Under the pieces are notes generated by a model. The model saw only the letters and a program-made list of their open reading frames with translations, ran no database searches and was not told where the DNA came from. DNA of 62,898 bases from a virus (lineage: Duplodnaviria; Caudoviricetes). A program made the translations under genes and the position numbers. Shown here piece by piece: positions 62,848-62,898 of the stretch (within the stretch, counting starts at the first letter, position 1; each line of letters begins with the position of its first letter). The stretch spans positions 1 through 62,898 of the IMG/VR virus record IMGVR_UViG_3300005098_000046; one strand, written 5' to 3'.

Positions 62848-62898
62848 TAATGGCGGGGCGTCACAGTCGCAGCTTTAATTGCAGCAAGTGGCGCCCCG
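62848..62898 (+). terminator. Hairpin after the capsid gene, spanning the circular junction
   Basis: TAAT-GGCGGGGCGTCAC ... GTGGCGCCCCGCC-AC-ATTA (3' arm completes at bases 30-48); no U-tract, so it may be a processing or stability stem. Confidence 0.45.
62859..62898. repeat. 40-bp terminal direct repeat, right copy
   Basis: Identical to 1-40. Confidence 0.95.

Noticed and set aside
62859-62898. 40-bp terminal repeat as a biological DTR or att site
   Set aside because: Exact short overlap that cuts through a hairpin inside the late operon; typical of circular assembly
1-62898. Stop-codon reassignment
   Set aside because: Genes are full length in the standard code and all three stops terminate motif-complete proteins

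Overview
This window is a complete, circularly assembled tailed-phage genome (siphovirus-like, GC-rich). Bases 1-40 are identical to 62859-62898, so the unit length is about 62,858 bp. Gene order on the + strand from base 63: head-tail joining genes, tail tube, tail chaperone with a -1 frameshift, tape measure, minor tail proteins, a five-gene glycosyltransferase/epimerase cluster, a LamG protein, lysis genes and a DNA methyltransferase (to 25.6 kb). Next comes a 10 kb minus-strand array of about 21 small genes (25.65-35.6 kb), a structured leader and repeat-rich divergent control region (35.7-36.5 kb), replication genes (SNF2 helicase, SSB-like protein, primase-helicase), a six-HTH protein, an ori-like gap, middle genes (ASCH, PD-(D/E)XK nuclease, RusA, DUF4417-like, ParB-like), terminase, portal, protease-scaffold and major capsid. 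I saw no integrase, DNA polymerase, tRNA or CRISPR array. The most unusual signal is an apparent RNA-based translational control system. (1) Eighteen cassettes in the leftward array carry the same extended ribosome-binding barcode (consensus CGRTGAGGAGGGTC) behind a sequence-variable but structurally conserved three-hairpin element. (2) A predicted ~70 nt RNA at the 3' end of the array is the antisense of that barcode plus the AUG. (3) A second predicted promoter-to-terminator RNA at 48.4 kb displays the canonical anti-Shine-Dalgarno UCACCUCCU between two hairpins. All protein calls come from motifs and synteny read by eye; no database search or folding program was run.
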